Assembly: GCF_037042905.1 (NCBI RefSeq)
Contig: NC_087251.1
Location: forward strand, 33,916,001-33,980,000
DNA length: 64,000 nt
Source of the DNA: Lytechinus pictus
Taxonomy: Eukaryota
Direction: 5' to 3'
In this document: positions 51,101 to 64,000 of the stretch, one piece after another
Numbering within the stretch: position 1 is the first letter of the stretch
Layout: each line of letters opens with the position of its first letter
Translations under genes and position numbers: made by a program
The notes under the pieces: model-generated
The model's database searches: none
Seen by the model: only the letters and a program-made list of their open reading frames with translations
What the model was told of the DNA's origin: nothing

Positions 51101-54100
51101 CCTGTATGCGGGACCTTCCGGAGTGATATGTCTACGCTTTGTACTTAATACAAAAAGGTGTAACGCTATCAAATTATCATTGCTGAAATAGTTTGTGAAG
51201 TGAAAATTGAGATAATCAAAAGGTTGACTGTGTTTTGGGGGACATTGTCCCACTGCAACTTTGAGCAGACGCAATTTAAATGGAACATTTTTAACTAGTT
51301 AGCTGTAATAACTTGCATTCCATGAGAGCACATTCCAACCAATAGTGAATAATAACAATTGTTTGTTTGATTTAATTGATCTATTAGTTCAGTCTACAGA
51401 GGGTGCTTGGTCAGCTAGCCAGTGAATTCGTGAAGAGGTTACACAGGTGAGCACATTAAAACTACACTTATATTCTTTCATATCATTACTTATTCCCCCA
51501 CCCTTAAAAAAAGTGTTGCTTTAGATGTTATGAATTTTTTGTACTTTTCTGCCATCCCTTTCCACCATCTAATGATGTTAGAATTGACCAAACTGAAAAG
51601 TATGGATTCATGGGAGCAGGAATCGTAAAATGGACTCGGCAATATATACGCGCATTCAATAACTAAATAAAAGTGATTATTTGTGACAATAATTAATCAT
51701 GATACTTGCTTATACAGGGTAATAGTGCTTAACACTTCATCAGAAGTCTCTAAAAGAGCTCCACAATATGATTACCTGGCTTTGGCAGAGCACCTATTAG
51801 TGGTATTGTAGGAGTCTTAGATAGGATATTTACAGAGTTGTAAATACCTACAACTTTGCTATATCATTATATCGCCACTAACGCATATGTGCATTATTTT
51901 GTTTATTAATGTGATGTGTGTTTTCATTTCTTTATTGTCAGAGAGAGGTATAAGAAACCGTCCTGGCAGCACCCAATTCCTGATGACTACAAGTTGAAGG
52001 ACGATGACATCACAGCTTTTGTTGAGAGCATCAAAGCCCCAGTATTCCTAGCCATGTACAGTAAGATGGGCCACAGGGATGCTGCTTCAACACTTCATAA
52101 CCTGGCATTACTCAGACCAGAGCTAGTGATACCAACACTGCTTGAAAAGTGAGAAACGTCACCTTATGCATTTTAGGTTTCTGAGTTTAAGTGTCAAATT
52201 TGTAATCAAAATATTATTTTTCTGAAAATGAGTTTCCTCTTTTTATGAGACGCTCTTTATGTAAATATTCTACTCCTACACTACACTACACTACAAATTG
52301 GACGCATCCAAGAATGAATGAACAGTGGTATGCCAGGCTTCACGATCTGACATGAGAGTTGGTAAATCATGTAACAAATTATTTGTATCCCTACATATGT
52401 AATCAACAAAGTTGAAAGGTTTCCGTCCTCTTGTTTTATTTGGGAGGCGAAACAACATCAGAAATAACTTCCTTCTCACTAGGGAAACAGTGACCAGCAA
52501 ATCTCATACTACGTTTAATTACCGTTCTGAATGATCTCCATGAATTATATATTTTGTTTTGTGATCTCTCCAACTAATATTTTGTATCGTCCTTAAAAGT
52601 TGAGTGTATGTGCCATCTAGTCTATCTTTTAAGGACTTCTTTATTGTCCATGTTTCTGAACCATACAAAAGGATATTTTCTACGCATGCCCTAAACAGGG
52701 AGAGTTTTGTTAACAGAGCAATATTTGATTCCCGTTCTTGTCTTTGGCTAGTTGAAGACTGGGTCGCCACTCCTCAGCCCCCATGCGACAGGTAGTACCG
52801 AGCTACATGTTATCGGTAGCAAGTCATTCCGAGATTGGGCAGAAATCTGCCCAAACACATTTATGTTGGGAAGACTGACCTGACGGAAAAAAATAAATGT
52901 GAAAAAGTAAAGTGTGATCAACCATAATTGTTCACCCCCATCTTCTTTTACCCTTGTTGATACCAGGACCTACAAGGCCTTAGATACCTTGACAGAGCCC
53001 CACCAGCTGATAGCCACCGTGAGCTGTCTAGTGACGGTATCTTGCACCATGCTCAAGGGAGGCAAGTGGCTTCCCGATGGCCCCACCCACCTACTACCTC
53101 TCCTCCATGCTATGCTACCTGGTATAGACCCCAATGACTTTGCTAAGTGCATGGTAGGTACTGCTGCTTCATGATAGTCACATTTAATTCTAATTGGGTA
53201 ATTTGATAAAATTTGTGAAGGAAAAGAGTGATCAACTTCAGATTGCATACATTAACAATTAGAGCTTCATTCAAAAGTAACATGCATATACCATGTGATC
53301 AAAATTTATTTTGTACTTGCAATGGTGAAAAGGAATTCATGCAATTTTATAATACATGCTTCATAAACGTTCATTACCATGATAGACCTCATGGGTTGGC
53401 CAGTTACTTTACCTATAGATCTATAGCATGCACTGCAAATGAAAATTGAATAAATAAAAAAATGTGTAAATGATGAATCAAAAGCGCATCAAGAATAAGG
53501 ATTAATCAGTAGAACCATAAGTGACATGCCATAAATATTGTAGTGTTTAAATGAGGTTTGTAATCACTTTGAAAGAGATACTCTGTTTAATGCATTTTGT
53601 TACTGTTGAGAACCGTGTTGTCAACCAATCAATCGGGATTAACGTCACAACAAGGCACAACTTGTGCGCATGTATCATGAAACCCACAAATTGTAAAATG
53701 CTTCCCAAGTTCTCAGTCCACTATGAAAAATCTAAAGTTTTTGTCTTTGATTCAACTTCAGGTCACTCTGCAAGCTATCTCAACCTTCACTGTCATGGTA
53801 CCAATAGTAGATTGTTCTGAAGCTCCCCTGGTAAGAGATGACATCACGGAACAAGAGAGGGAGCTCTGCTCAGCAACAGCAACCTTTGAAGATTTTGTGC
53901 TTCTCTTCATGGACAGGTATTGTGCCTGTTTAGAATGCTCTTCCTTTTCCAAAATTGTGTTTTATTCATAGTTTTGTGAGATTGTGTAACTGTGTGCAAG
54001 AAAATATCACGATACCTGAAGCATTGTTATAAGACTCATTGTGTGAAAAGAAAACGTAAAATGGCTCACAACAGGCAATGAGGAAATTTGAAATAGCAGA

Positions 54101-57100
54101 AGGAAAGTATTGATGGAAACAACTGGAAAAAAGAAAAGTGAAACATAGGATTACTATAAATGGAGTTAGAATTATCTAGACCAAAAGCTTTTAATAGATA
54201 AGGAATTTTTAAAAATGAGTGAAAGAGAATAAGAAAGAAAGATACTGGCTTTGACTATTTTTTAAGAGTTTATTAGAAATATTGTCCCTCATAACAACTT
54301 ATTCACTAAAGTTTCATCTATTAGCCTTTTATCTTCCTCCATTGATTTTAGATGTTTCAATCTGATTGAGGCATGTTCCATCGAACACACCCGAAGCCAG
54401 GACAATGATCAGGAGAAAGTCAATCACCAGGAAGCCATGGTGGATGTAGGATTGTCATCAACATTCAGTACCATCTGTTCTCAGAGCTCACCTCAGATAT
54501 ACAAGGTCAGTCACAATGTCACGGTTTGTGGTACCATGTCTGACAGAAAATGTTACAGTGCTATGTCAGACACAATGAAAAGTATAGAATAGTAATAGTA
54601 TATGGTTTGTGGTACAAGGTCAGATTCAATGTCATATTTTAGAGTAGAATGTCTTGGTACATGGTACAATGTCGGACAAAATATTATGGTACAAGGTCAG
54701 ACTCAGTGTTATGTTATATGGTGCAGGGTCAGACACATTGTTATGGTGCAAGATCAGAAAACGATGTCATGTGTTATGGTACATGTACATGGTCAGACAC
54801 AATGTCATGGTTTATGGTACAAGGTCGAGTGTGATGTCATAGTTGGTGTATGATCAAAGGCAAGAGTTGAAACTGATCCAACCATCATACAGTTTAGTTA
54901 TGCCAAGAATAGTTGTCTATATTGATGATTTTTTTTAGTGATGACATTAATAGTATTATCAACCCCAAGTATTCAATATGTAATTTTTTCCTTTTCTTTC
55001 AAATCTCACAGGCAGCTGCTGATAGACTATTTCGCTATGTTTCAACATCCATTCTTGAAACTAAGGTGTCTGGTAAAATTATTGCCAACATGTGCCGGGC
55101 AGCAGCCAAGGTATGTTCAAGAAATCATTTTTTTTTAAGTTGTGTTGTTTCAGGTTTTACTCTTTGACTTTAGAAACCATGCACATTCCTGTAAGGTAGA
55201 TATCAGAAGATTAGTTGCTTTCCCTTCTTTACTGATTGACTTTTTAATGAGGATTGATGCACTAGATGTTGATTTGTAACGTGTGAATGTAGTCCACCAC
55301 TGAGAAGTATAAGGGGGTTTTAGAGTGAAAACTATCAATTCACATACACTATATTTCACAATTATTGCACAATCATTTTGACATATTTGACCATGTGAAA
55401 ATACAATGATGTGGCAGAATGATTGAATGGTTGTTATTTTGTGCTGAATCAGAGGGTTGTATTAAAGCATGCCTGATTTTGTCTTTAATTGACCAAATGA
55501 TGTTTACATTATAATGCATTGATGTCCTTTATTTTCATAGGTGAATCCCACATACACTCTATCCAAGTTTGTGCCTCACTGTAGTCAGAAGATACTAGAT
55601 GCCTTTACATCAGACGAGGTGCAGTTGGAAGAAGAGTTAGATAAAGAAATTCTCTTCAACCTACAAGTTCTCTCAGAGGTGATTTTACCCCCCCCCCACC
55701 CCCCGGCCTTCCTGTGATATTATTCAGGGGGTGATGAATCATATAGTTTTACAGAGCAAAGAAATGTGAAGAGCAGAACTTAAACAAAAACGAATTTTTG
55801 ACCTGAGGTCTGAAAACGTAAATGCATTCTCAAATCTGGTAGTGAAAGAACAGTAAACACCTCCACATTCACGCAGCGAAAAAGTATGATGCTAAACATT
55901 CCCTTTTGATAGTTTTAACTTGCTTAATCATCAAATACACATATAGATAAAATGTGTTACTTTGTGGGGGGGGGGGGCATCAAATGTTCTCAAGGGCAGG
56001 CTGATCTTTAGTTCTGATTGGATGTACAGAACTTTTGCTTTGAACACCATTTTGTGTGATATCCCATATACTGGCTGTCTTTCCTTCAAATTGTCACCTA
56101 TAATTTGATATTATTTCATTTTATTGTTGGTAGGTTATACGGGTCCCTAGCGAGGCTGTCCTTGTCTACAAGGATACTTTGAATGACGTCTTGAAGGCTA
56201 CCATTCATGTTGCCTCAAAGAAAGGTTACGAACTCTCCTGCCAGCTACTCAAGCACTGGCTCCGGGCGATGTGCCTCATGTATCCCAGGGAGTACTGTAG
56301 TATAGCAGAGGGATTCGACAGGCCTCTTACAGAGTACTTGCCCATCAGGGTAAGTATTGCGTCCTTAGTAAAGTTCACCCTGACAAAAGTTGGTTTTGAT
56401 AAAAGCAGATAAATCGATGAAGGTTGATGAAAACTCATTAAAGAATTTAGTTTTTAATTTGTGATGTCATGTGCAAGCGACTGTCCCATATGTTGAGTAA
56501 TTTATTAAAATATGTAAGTTGTAGATGTTGATGGTGATGTTGATTTAAGTGATGATGGTGATTGTGATGCTGCTGATGGGATGACAGCAACAATCAATCG
56601 TTTGGAAATCGGAGTGACAATAACAACAACCATTACTGTCAGTCTGTTACAGTGGTATTAATAATCATTGATTCAGTATTCGTAACACTCAAAGAAAATA
56701 ATTGTTGATACCTATTTTCCGTCATAGGACTGGGCCAAACCTGGTGACATTCACAACCTTGGTGTGAAGTGGCATATACCCTCGGATGATGGAGTAGCCT
56801 GCGTGAAAGAACTCTTAGATTTTTACTACAAACCAGAGATAGAGAAACTCAACAACTACATCAAGGGGGAGTCTATAAGCAGGTATAGAATGATGATGAT
56901 GGTGATGATGAGGATGAGGATGAAATGATGTTGGTGTTGATGATGTTGATAGTGAGGATGGTGATGATATTGGTGCTTTTGATGATGAAGCTAATGATGA
57001 TGATATTCTTCCTCCATTTAGTTTGATCCTCCCAATCATGAACCTCCATGGTTGCATTTATAAAAAGTACACCCCTCCCTAATAAAATCTCTAATTACTA

Positions 57101-60100
57101 GTCTGGACCACTATTAACTAAAGCACAGGCTCACAAATATATTGATATCAATATGCATGGGGATATTTATGAGATTTTGTAACAATTCATCATTTTGTAT
57201 TATTTCAGAGAGAAACTACTACAGAGCCTGACCATCTTATACAACATATTGACTGGGGCTGGAGCTCTTCTCCCAAAATGGAAGAGTTCATATATTCCAG
57301 AGCTGTGAGTGTGTTCAAGGATTATATATGATCTATAAATGACATGCCAGATGAGATATAAATGTATAGATATCTTCAGTAACGATAAAAGTATTAATAG
57401 TAATATGCAACATTTGTAAAGGGCTTTACATAAATGTTTCTAAGTGCTTTGTGTTATAACACCAGTATTGCTACCAATGAGGTGCTTCAGCATTTTCAAA
57501 AGAAAGAATTTCTGCCAGGTACCCATTTACCTCACCTTGATTTAGTGTAGCAAATGACAAACTTTTTGCCAGAGGATACAAGTGTGTACCTCAACAGAAA
57601 CTATGGTAAAAATTGTAACTGTTTACCTGATTTGAAGTCACATATTATAATTATAAGATTGTGAAGACTCCTTAAACTCTGCCATACAAGTTTGAATTGG
57701 AAATAGGCATTAGTTAAAAATCCTGCCGATCAAATTCCTTCCTCATTTTTCAAGTAATGCCCAAGAAATTTGGCACACTCGTTGGTCTCTGGTAGAGGTA
57801 ACGAGAAATGTCATATGAATGTTTTGAAATCTGCATTCCTTTACGATTGCCTATTTTGGCAAGTCTTTAGGGGGTTTAATTCAGATTGACCTACCTTATA
57901 CATTTTATGAATACTTCTTTCAACTCTTATTGACTTCTTATCAGGTGTAAGAGTCAGGTTGACATGCACATCCAGGAAAGGACTCTAGGATCAACAGACA
58001 AACAGAAGATGTTTGCAGGTATCAGGGAAGAACTGGCACAGGTGATGCATGACCTTCTCAATCATCTCCTAGCAACAGGAGAAGATGACACCAAGTCAAT
58101 CATACTCATCATCAATGTAAGCAACTGATATATTTTCTTTCTTTCTTATTTTTACTTTTACTTGTAAATATGCTGTGCATCTCATTATTTTTAAGAAAAA
58201 GCTTAATCTTTTGTTCTGTGTCAACAGACACACTTGCATGTACATGTAGAAGGTTTTAATTTCTCACCTTTAATGTTTTAACAAAGATTCAGAATTTATT
58301 ATGGACTTTCTTATGATGTATAATATTTGTGATAAACATATAGGTGGTATACTCATTTTTCATAACATGTTCCATTGATTCTAAAAATAAATTTTCTAGC
58401 ATTTTTTTTCTGTGTTAATATTAGCTTTCCAGTAATGTGTTGCTGCTATTGTCACATTAATTCCAGAGCTGTTTCATGTGTCATTTCTTGAAGTAGACTG
58501 GGCCTGTATTAAATTTCTGGCCATTATTTTCAGATATAAATTATAAATGCCTTGTATTGAGCCTGTCTTATCACAAAAATAAATCCATACTGAACTTCCA
58601 CAGAGGCATACTGCCTGATGAGTCCACATCTTTGAATACTGTATATATACATATATGATGCCATACAAATGTCTGACCCAATATCATCATATAAGTGATG
58701 ACTAAGATTTTAATATTATAATATCCATTTATTTTTCCTCTGTGTAGATGAACAATGCTTTGATGTGGTACATGGGTGCAGACAAGAAGGACTTTGAGAG
58801 TCGATGGAAAGGTTTCCTCATCATCAAGAAAGCCATGGAAGATAGGGTAAGTCTGTTTACAGAGAGAAATGCTTGATACACTACTACTTTGGGTTAGGGG
58901 TTATGGGGTTATGCTTGGACCTATTGCTTCATAGAGATCCCATGCATGATATAGAATAGATATATGTCCATGAGAATGAACTGATGACAGTTTTAAAGAA
59001 ACAAGCTCTTGGTGTTGGCTCTTGCTACCATTTTTCCACTGTTTCTAATTTCTAAATTTGGTAAGAAGCATTAATTTATGGTAATATTCCAAATAAATTG
59101 TTTGCAGTATCCTGACATCATATTTAATTCTAATTTTCCCTTTTGTTCAGTTCAATGTAATTTAATTAAAAATCAGTTTAAACTTCATTAAGATTTATAT
59201 GTGCCACAGCCTAAGGATGAATAAAGGTGTACAGTTGTCACCCTGATCAGATGCTAGCATTCAAGGAATTCTTTCCTACTGGGTACCCATTGATTTCACC
59301 TGAGTGGAGAGTGGCAAATGTAGATAAATGCTTAAAGAGATTCCAAATTCAGCATATACTGGCATTGTGGTGATTGAATTCTTACACAGAGATGATGATT
59401 AATGATGGTCTCTCTGAATTGTTTGTCCATCATAGTTACATGGGAAGAAGAGGCATCTAAGAGCCTTGTTGATAGATCGGGTGTACCTCCAGCATGAGAT
59501 GAGGATGCTGATACAAGCCAAGCATGTTTACACTGATCTTGATAAACGTATCCACAGCGACCTTTTCACACTTGCTACAAGCAGGTACAGTGAGGTAAGA
59601 AAATACACTTGTAATGTGAATTTTATGATCTAGGCATGATTAATGAGAAGATAAATCTGTGAATGTGTTTGAATCCAATAAAATTACCATCAAAGTGTTT
59701 GTTTGTACTGATAGAAAAAAATTGTGATAAAATGGGAGGAAATGTACAATTGACAAGAATAATTGACAAAATAAGCATGGTATTCCAGTCAGCTGTCGTC
59801 TTTTTCCAAGCAATAATAATGCACTTTCCAACATGTGTATATCTGTGTTAATTTGGTGATTTTCAGTGTGATGTTATCTCAGCGTAGCTTTCATGCAGAG
59901 TTGGGTTTATATAAATGATCTAGATCTATGATAATAGAATGATAGTTAAGTTTGATTTTAAAAATTTTATCATGAAATCATTGCTTGAAAAATGACAGTA
60001 ATTATGTTTAATAATAATAATGTTTGAATTATAATCAGGTGAGGAAGAAGGCCCAGGTCATGTTGTTCAAGATGATGGATCACTTTGTCTCGTCTGTGAA

Positions 60101-61922
60101 GCTAATCATTCCCAAGGTTCTAGTCAACCTCAAACCAGATCAAGATATCCCACATCACCAGTTCAAGGTAAAGTCCTCTAATTCCTCTTCATTCCAGTGT
60201 TATTTAAGAAATGATTAGTTTGATTTTCCTGATTCGACTTAACTAGATTATCATGCATAACATGTATACTGACTAACAAAAAGATCATGTAAATCTGATG
60301 CAGATTGCAGAATGGATAAAAGGCCTCTTCGAGTATTCAGTCTGGTAAAGAGGAGAATAGTATGGGTCGAGTGCACCAATTTAATGTGAATTAACATTAC
60401 AAAAAGGAACAAAATATCACAATTTTTCTCTCCTGCTACAGGGCTCCCTCTATGTTCTAAGTGGGTACAGCATGAACAACTCTTGGGCGTGCCTACCATA
60501 CTGGCCACTCATGAAAGATATATGGTTAGGAATAGTCAACGCCGGTCACTCAGAGAAGCCATCTATCATGAAGGTTCTGGGTCAGCTTATGATGAAGATC
60601 AATAAGGGCTTTGACACATCCGCCATCATTGTCAAGGTTGGTATATACTTTACAAAATTACTCATTAATTATGTCATCTACATATGTATAGGTGGTATAG
60701 ATAGCAAAATGAATATTGATTTGGAACTTAATATATCTTCATAATGCCTTGAATGTAGAGTTCATACTCGTAATTTCTTTTTTTATTCTCATTCCATGGG
60801 AAGATTTTCTTTTTACATTATTAATTTTTTTTTTTTAGTCCACTCTATCTAATATTCATGCCAAGAAAATAATCAATGTATTATGTTTGTTATGAAAAAT
60901 GTATTATACAAATTATATGAATACAGAAGAAGAATTGTGGAATTAAAGTAATTTGTGATTATTGAGTTTAGACAAACATATCACAATAAAATAAGCCAGG
61001 CTTAACTTTATCAAAAGCGCACAATGACGCAATTGATATTTCAGTGTTTAATTCTTATGTATCCCTTAGGTTTCAGATGGTGCTAGGAGTAAGGCTAAGG
61101 ATCTCGTGGAGGGGTTGAACATCGGCATAACAACCGATCAAGACTCTTCATCAATACAGAGGTTAAATGAACACAACCAAAGCAATATGAGGTAAGCGGG
61201 AGTGGCTTTAAAGTGGTCTCTATATTAAAAGATTCAAACTTTAAAGAATTACTTAGAATTGTTTGAAAATTACTGTTAGTGAAAAATTGTTGGATTTCCC
61301 TAACAGTTTGGAAGTTGGTTGCAAATCTTGCTGATTTAACTATATAAGACTGAGAAAAAATGTTATTTTCATATGTTCCTCACACAAGGCAGTTACAGGA
61401 GTTAGATTAGATATTAGATGTTTTTTTTTTTGTTTTTTTTTAATGGGGGGGCTTTCTTTAAATTCAATAGTTATCAAATTGATAACTTCCATGTTGTATG
61501 TCATTTTAACAGATTGTACAATGAGCTAGTAGCAGAGCTGGTGGATCTTATAGAACAAGGCCAATTGTGAGTATACTACCATTTTCAAACAAGAGCTTGG
61601 AAATTTCATTGCCATTATTTATTATGTTCATCATTTCTGATTTTTTTAATTTACACATTTTGAGTGCTCAACTATGTTCTGTTTGATACTGAGTAACATA
61701 GAAAATGTGTGAAAGTTTACGAATTCAATTTCACCCTACCCAGAACTCTATTGCTAGTAATTAATTGTATCATTATTTTTTGTGTAACCCAGGCGATGGA
61801 AGTTTGCTCAGATGGCAGCAACCCTCCTTCGTCTACATCTTAGGGAAGACACCCCGCCCCCTGTTCCTGCAGTGAGACTATTCACATCCCTCTTAGTACA
61901 TGACACTCTTCACTTACGAAAG
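42188..61922 (+). CDS. PSME4: Proteasome activator complex subunit 4 (PA200/Blm10), 5' part: 27 exons, 1173 codons, continues beyond the window
   Basis: Exons 42188-42378, 43503-43643, 46735-46851, 47802-47846, 48260-48409, 49088-49151, 49482-49556, 50180-50299, 50940-51029, 51388-51446, 51942-52148, 52967-53153, 53762-53916, 54352-54505, 55012-55110, 55541-55678, 56134-56349, 56728-56882, 57209-57304, 57945-58116, 58748-58846, 59436-59594, 60039-60167, 60442-60636, 61070-61191, 61513-61566, 61793-61922. All GT-AG and phase-consistent. PA200 motifs include [50 protein letters not shown] and SEKPSI. Confidence 0.96.
43800..44065 (+). repeat. A-rich low-complexity tract (PSME4 intron 2)
   Basis: Almost entirely A with G/C interruptions. 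Confidence 0.7.
44961..45231. mobile_element. MITE with ~35-bp imperfect TIRs, inserted into the 50-bp satellite
   Basis: CCCCATCTTACAAAGAGATACGATTGATCCAATCAA versus TTGATTGGATCAATCGCAACTCTTTTTAAGACAGGGCC. Confidence 0.65.
45400..46330 (+). repeat. 50-bp tandem minisatellite (TTCCAATGAGAAAGCAAAATTGAATATCACCATTTTGATTTGATGTTGAT); degenerate copies extend back to ~44440
   Basis: TTCCAATGA recurs at 45851, 45901, 45951 and 46001; a higher-order ~182-bp duplication lies at 45375/45557. Confidence 0.88.
49622..49783. mobile_element. 162-bp palindromic MITE with TTA target duplication (PIF/Harbinger-like)
   Basis: TTA|TACCTTGGTCACATTTGCTCTACGGCGGCCGTACGGCGAGTCGAAAACAGCCGTTT ... AAACGGCTGTTTTCGACTCGCCGTACGGCCGCCGTAGAGTAAATGTGACCATGGTA|TTA. 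Confidence 0.82.
50607..50795 (+). mobile_element. Decayed tRNA-derived SINE
   Basis: A-box-like CTCAGTTGGTA, B-box-like AGTTCAATTCCC, followed by a GTGCCCCTTGGCAAGGCATTT body. Confidence 0.5.
52270..52886 (-). mobile_element. RTE-clade LINE remnant (RT C-terminus, frameshifted) with (TGTAG)n tail, joined to a non-coding 5' segment
   Basis: Minus-strand peptides [21 protein letters not shown]...[19 protein letters not shown] and [16 protein letters not shown]...LMSDREAW are typical of RTE ORF ends; short tandem tail at 52276-52294. Confidence 0.8.
54510..54845 (+). repeat. Degenerate tandem repeat (TATGGTACAAGGTCAGACACAATGTCA-like units)
   Basis: GGTAC/GGTCAGA motifs recur about every 25-35 bp. 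Confidence 0.65.
56890..57006 (+). repeat. (GAT)n-rich trinucleotide low-complexity tract
   Basis: Directly visible; a similar tract lies at ~56524-56585. Confidence 0.75.
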
Positions 61923-62248
61923 GTAACCACTCATATGATTGGATTTGAAGCTACTCTGGTTTTCATGCATACTAATTTAAAAACATACTCTGTTGTCTAT
62001 GAATAGATTTATTTCCATTTATTAAGTCCATGATTCAGCCCATTGGTATTAGTTCTTACTTATCTGTTATTTCGAAAGCTTATTCCGTGATTGGATTTGG
62101 AGCTACACTGTGATCGATTTCTCAGGAAAACGAAAGGGGATAAAGGTTGATTTCCATTATTTTTAATTATGCCCCTGTGAGCCAGAATATAATGGAAAAA
62201 AAATAATATATATATATTATGTATACAATAGACAGCAGATGTTAGATT

Positions 62249-63368
62249 CAGCCCCGTCGCCCATGGATTTGGTGGTGTTACATAGACGACATTTTCTTCA
62301 TCTGGACCAGGGATGAAGATAGCCTCCATACATTCATTGACCACATCAATTCCTTCCACAGGACCATCAAGTTCACTTCTGATTTCTCCCAACAGGAAAC
62401 CCACTTCCTTGATGTCACAGTCCAGAAAAAGTATAACGGTATCACCACTACCCTATACTCTAAACCCACAGATACCCACCAGTACCTCCACTCATCCAGC
62501 TGCCACCCCCGTCACTGCAAAAACGGCATCGCTTACAGTCAAGCCCTCAGACTTCGCCGTATCTGCTCCGAGGACCCTGATTTTTCCTTCCTTGCCAGGA
62601 ATTTGCAGAAACATCTCTGTGCCAGGGGCCACGGGGCCAGGGTAGTCCAACTGGCAATTAACAAAGTTCGTTCTCTCCCCAGATCTGAAGTTCTCAAACC
62701 AAAAAGTGACAAGGAGACTACCGACAGAATACCGCTTGTGACCACCTTCCATCCCAATCTACCCCCTCTCTGCAAAATCCTGTGTGATAACCACCACATT
62801 TTACACACTTCTGATCGTCTCCAACAGGCTGTTCCCGATACACCCCTTCTAGCATACCGACGCCCACCGAATCTCAGGGACCTCATTGTTCGTGCTGAAG
62901 TGCCCTCCCTCACTAACCATTCTTCTCCCATACAGCATGGCACCTTCAAATGCACCAGCAACAGGTGCATCATATGTGAAATACACCTTCACGAGGGCGA
63001 CACTTTCACCAGCAACTCTACCAGCCTGTCTCACCAAATCAAGGGCAACATCACATGCACTACCACTAATGTTGTATATCTCATCACTTGCAGAGTTTGT
63101 AGGGTACAATACATAGGGGAAACCAAGACCACACTCAAGAAACGATTCTACGGGCACAGATCCACCGTCAACACAGCAAAGCTGGACACTCCAGTTGGCC
63201 GCCATTTTAACCTTCCCCAACCTCTCCATCACTGACATGATGCTACAGGGCATCGAATCTTTAGGTACCTGTCCTGACTCAGTCCGTACTAGCAGAGAGA
63301 AGCTCTGGATGAGACGACTTCACACCACCCAACCTCATGGCCTGAACATCCAAGAGGGGAACGACTGA
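62249..63368 (+). mobile_element. 5'-truncated Penelope-like retroelement (Neptune-type): RT C-terminal half, Cys-rich linker, GIY-YIG endonuclease; one +1 frameshift; T-rich 3' region continues to the window end
   Basis: One frame from ~62249: PWIWWCYIDDIFFIW...IKFT...FLDV...LYSKPTDTHQYLHSSSCHP..KNGIAYSQALRLRRICS...IPLVTTFHP...AYRRPPNLRDLIVRA...CTSNRCIIC...ITCTTTNVVYLITCRVCRVQYIGETKTTLKKRFYGH...HF. After an extra C at 63215-63218 the frame resumes ...SREKLWMRRLHTTQPHGLNIQEGND* (TGA 63366-63368). Confidence 0.92.
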
Positions 63369-64000
63369 TTATTCTTTCCTATCCACTTTCAATTTATATA
63401 TACATATATATACATATATACTTTCAATTTATATATACATATAATTTTTCCCCTCAGCTCTTTTGAATAGTTACATTTTAGTTTCTTCCTCTACTTTCCT
63501 CCCATATCTCATACAAGCTCAGCTCCAATTTTTCCTTCCTTATTCAGGCGATATAATAATTATTATATATATATTTTTTTTTTCTCCACTCACCTCTTTT
63601 AGATTTACCACATTTGCTTATTTACATGTATACTATGGTTTCTTCATAATACACCCCGTCTCTATATTTGCTTTTACCTTTTTAGGCAATTTGCTTCCTC
63701 TTTTTCACATATACAGGTTTTTTTTTTTTTTTTTTTCCCCTACTTTATAGTCTTATGTTTTTTTCCCGTCACACCTAGCGGATTACAATATCAGTTACAC
63801 CATATGTGTATTTATACTTTTTCATATACATTTCTTTTTTTGATATATTTGTATACATATCACTTATAGATACATATTTACACTTACCTTCTTCTCTTAG
63901 TTTGTTTAATGCTTTATCATATATACTTATATGTCTTTTGCACATTATCAGTTGTTCCCCATTCTTTTCCTTTTTTTCCCCCACTCTTATGCACCAGTTT

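Noticed and set aside
52716..52886. Canonical HDV-like ribozyme call
   Set aside because: Could not assemble P1/P2/P3/P1.1 with a conserved L3 by eye; kept only as a hypothesis in findings.
58614..58660. CTGATGAGTCC as a hammerhead start (also other CTGATGA/CTGAAGA hits, e.g. 18881, 47398, 58981)
   Set aside because: No complementary stem II followed by GAAA.
62060..62090. CGAAAGCTT upstream of the Penelope ORF as a third hammerhead
   Set aside because: No CTGANGA box or stem II on either strand nearby.
62060..63253. Minus-strand and alternative-frame ORFs over the Penelope element
   Set aside because: Antisense or off-frame shadows of the RT/GIY-YIG coding sequence.

Overview
AT-rich, intron-rich animal genomic DNA. 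The gene content and repeat families suggest an invertebrate deuterostome, probably a sea urchin (inference). Five spliced genes were reconstructed by hand from GT-AG junctions: the last coding exon of a K2P (KCNK1/TWIK-like) potassium channel (+, 9117-9400), CMC2 (-, 3 exons), EIF3K (+, 7 exons, one U12-type intron), an acylphosphatase (-, 4 exons, including a 17-nt microexon encoding the catalytic loop) and the first 27 exons of PSME4/PA200 (+, continues past the window). CMC2/EIF3K and ACYP/PSME4 form two head-to-head pairs. Non-coding DNA is packed with non-autonomous elements: Helentron-type HINEs, TTAA-flanked Kolobok-like MITEs, a 2-kb Sola2-like element with eight internal 15-bp motifs, Tc1- and Harbinger-like MITEs, SINEs, an RTE LINE remnant and a 50-bp satellite. 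A 5'-truncated Neptune-type Penelope retroelement (RT + GIY-YIG) sits in a PSME4 intron. The most unusual object is a near-perfect 169-bp-arm palindrome at 369-721 inserted in a (TA)n tract. Each arm carries a minimal hammerhead-ribozyme core, one per strand, most likely a Penelope pLTR/retrozyme-like unit. All calls come from reading the sequence; no database searches were run.
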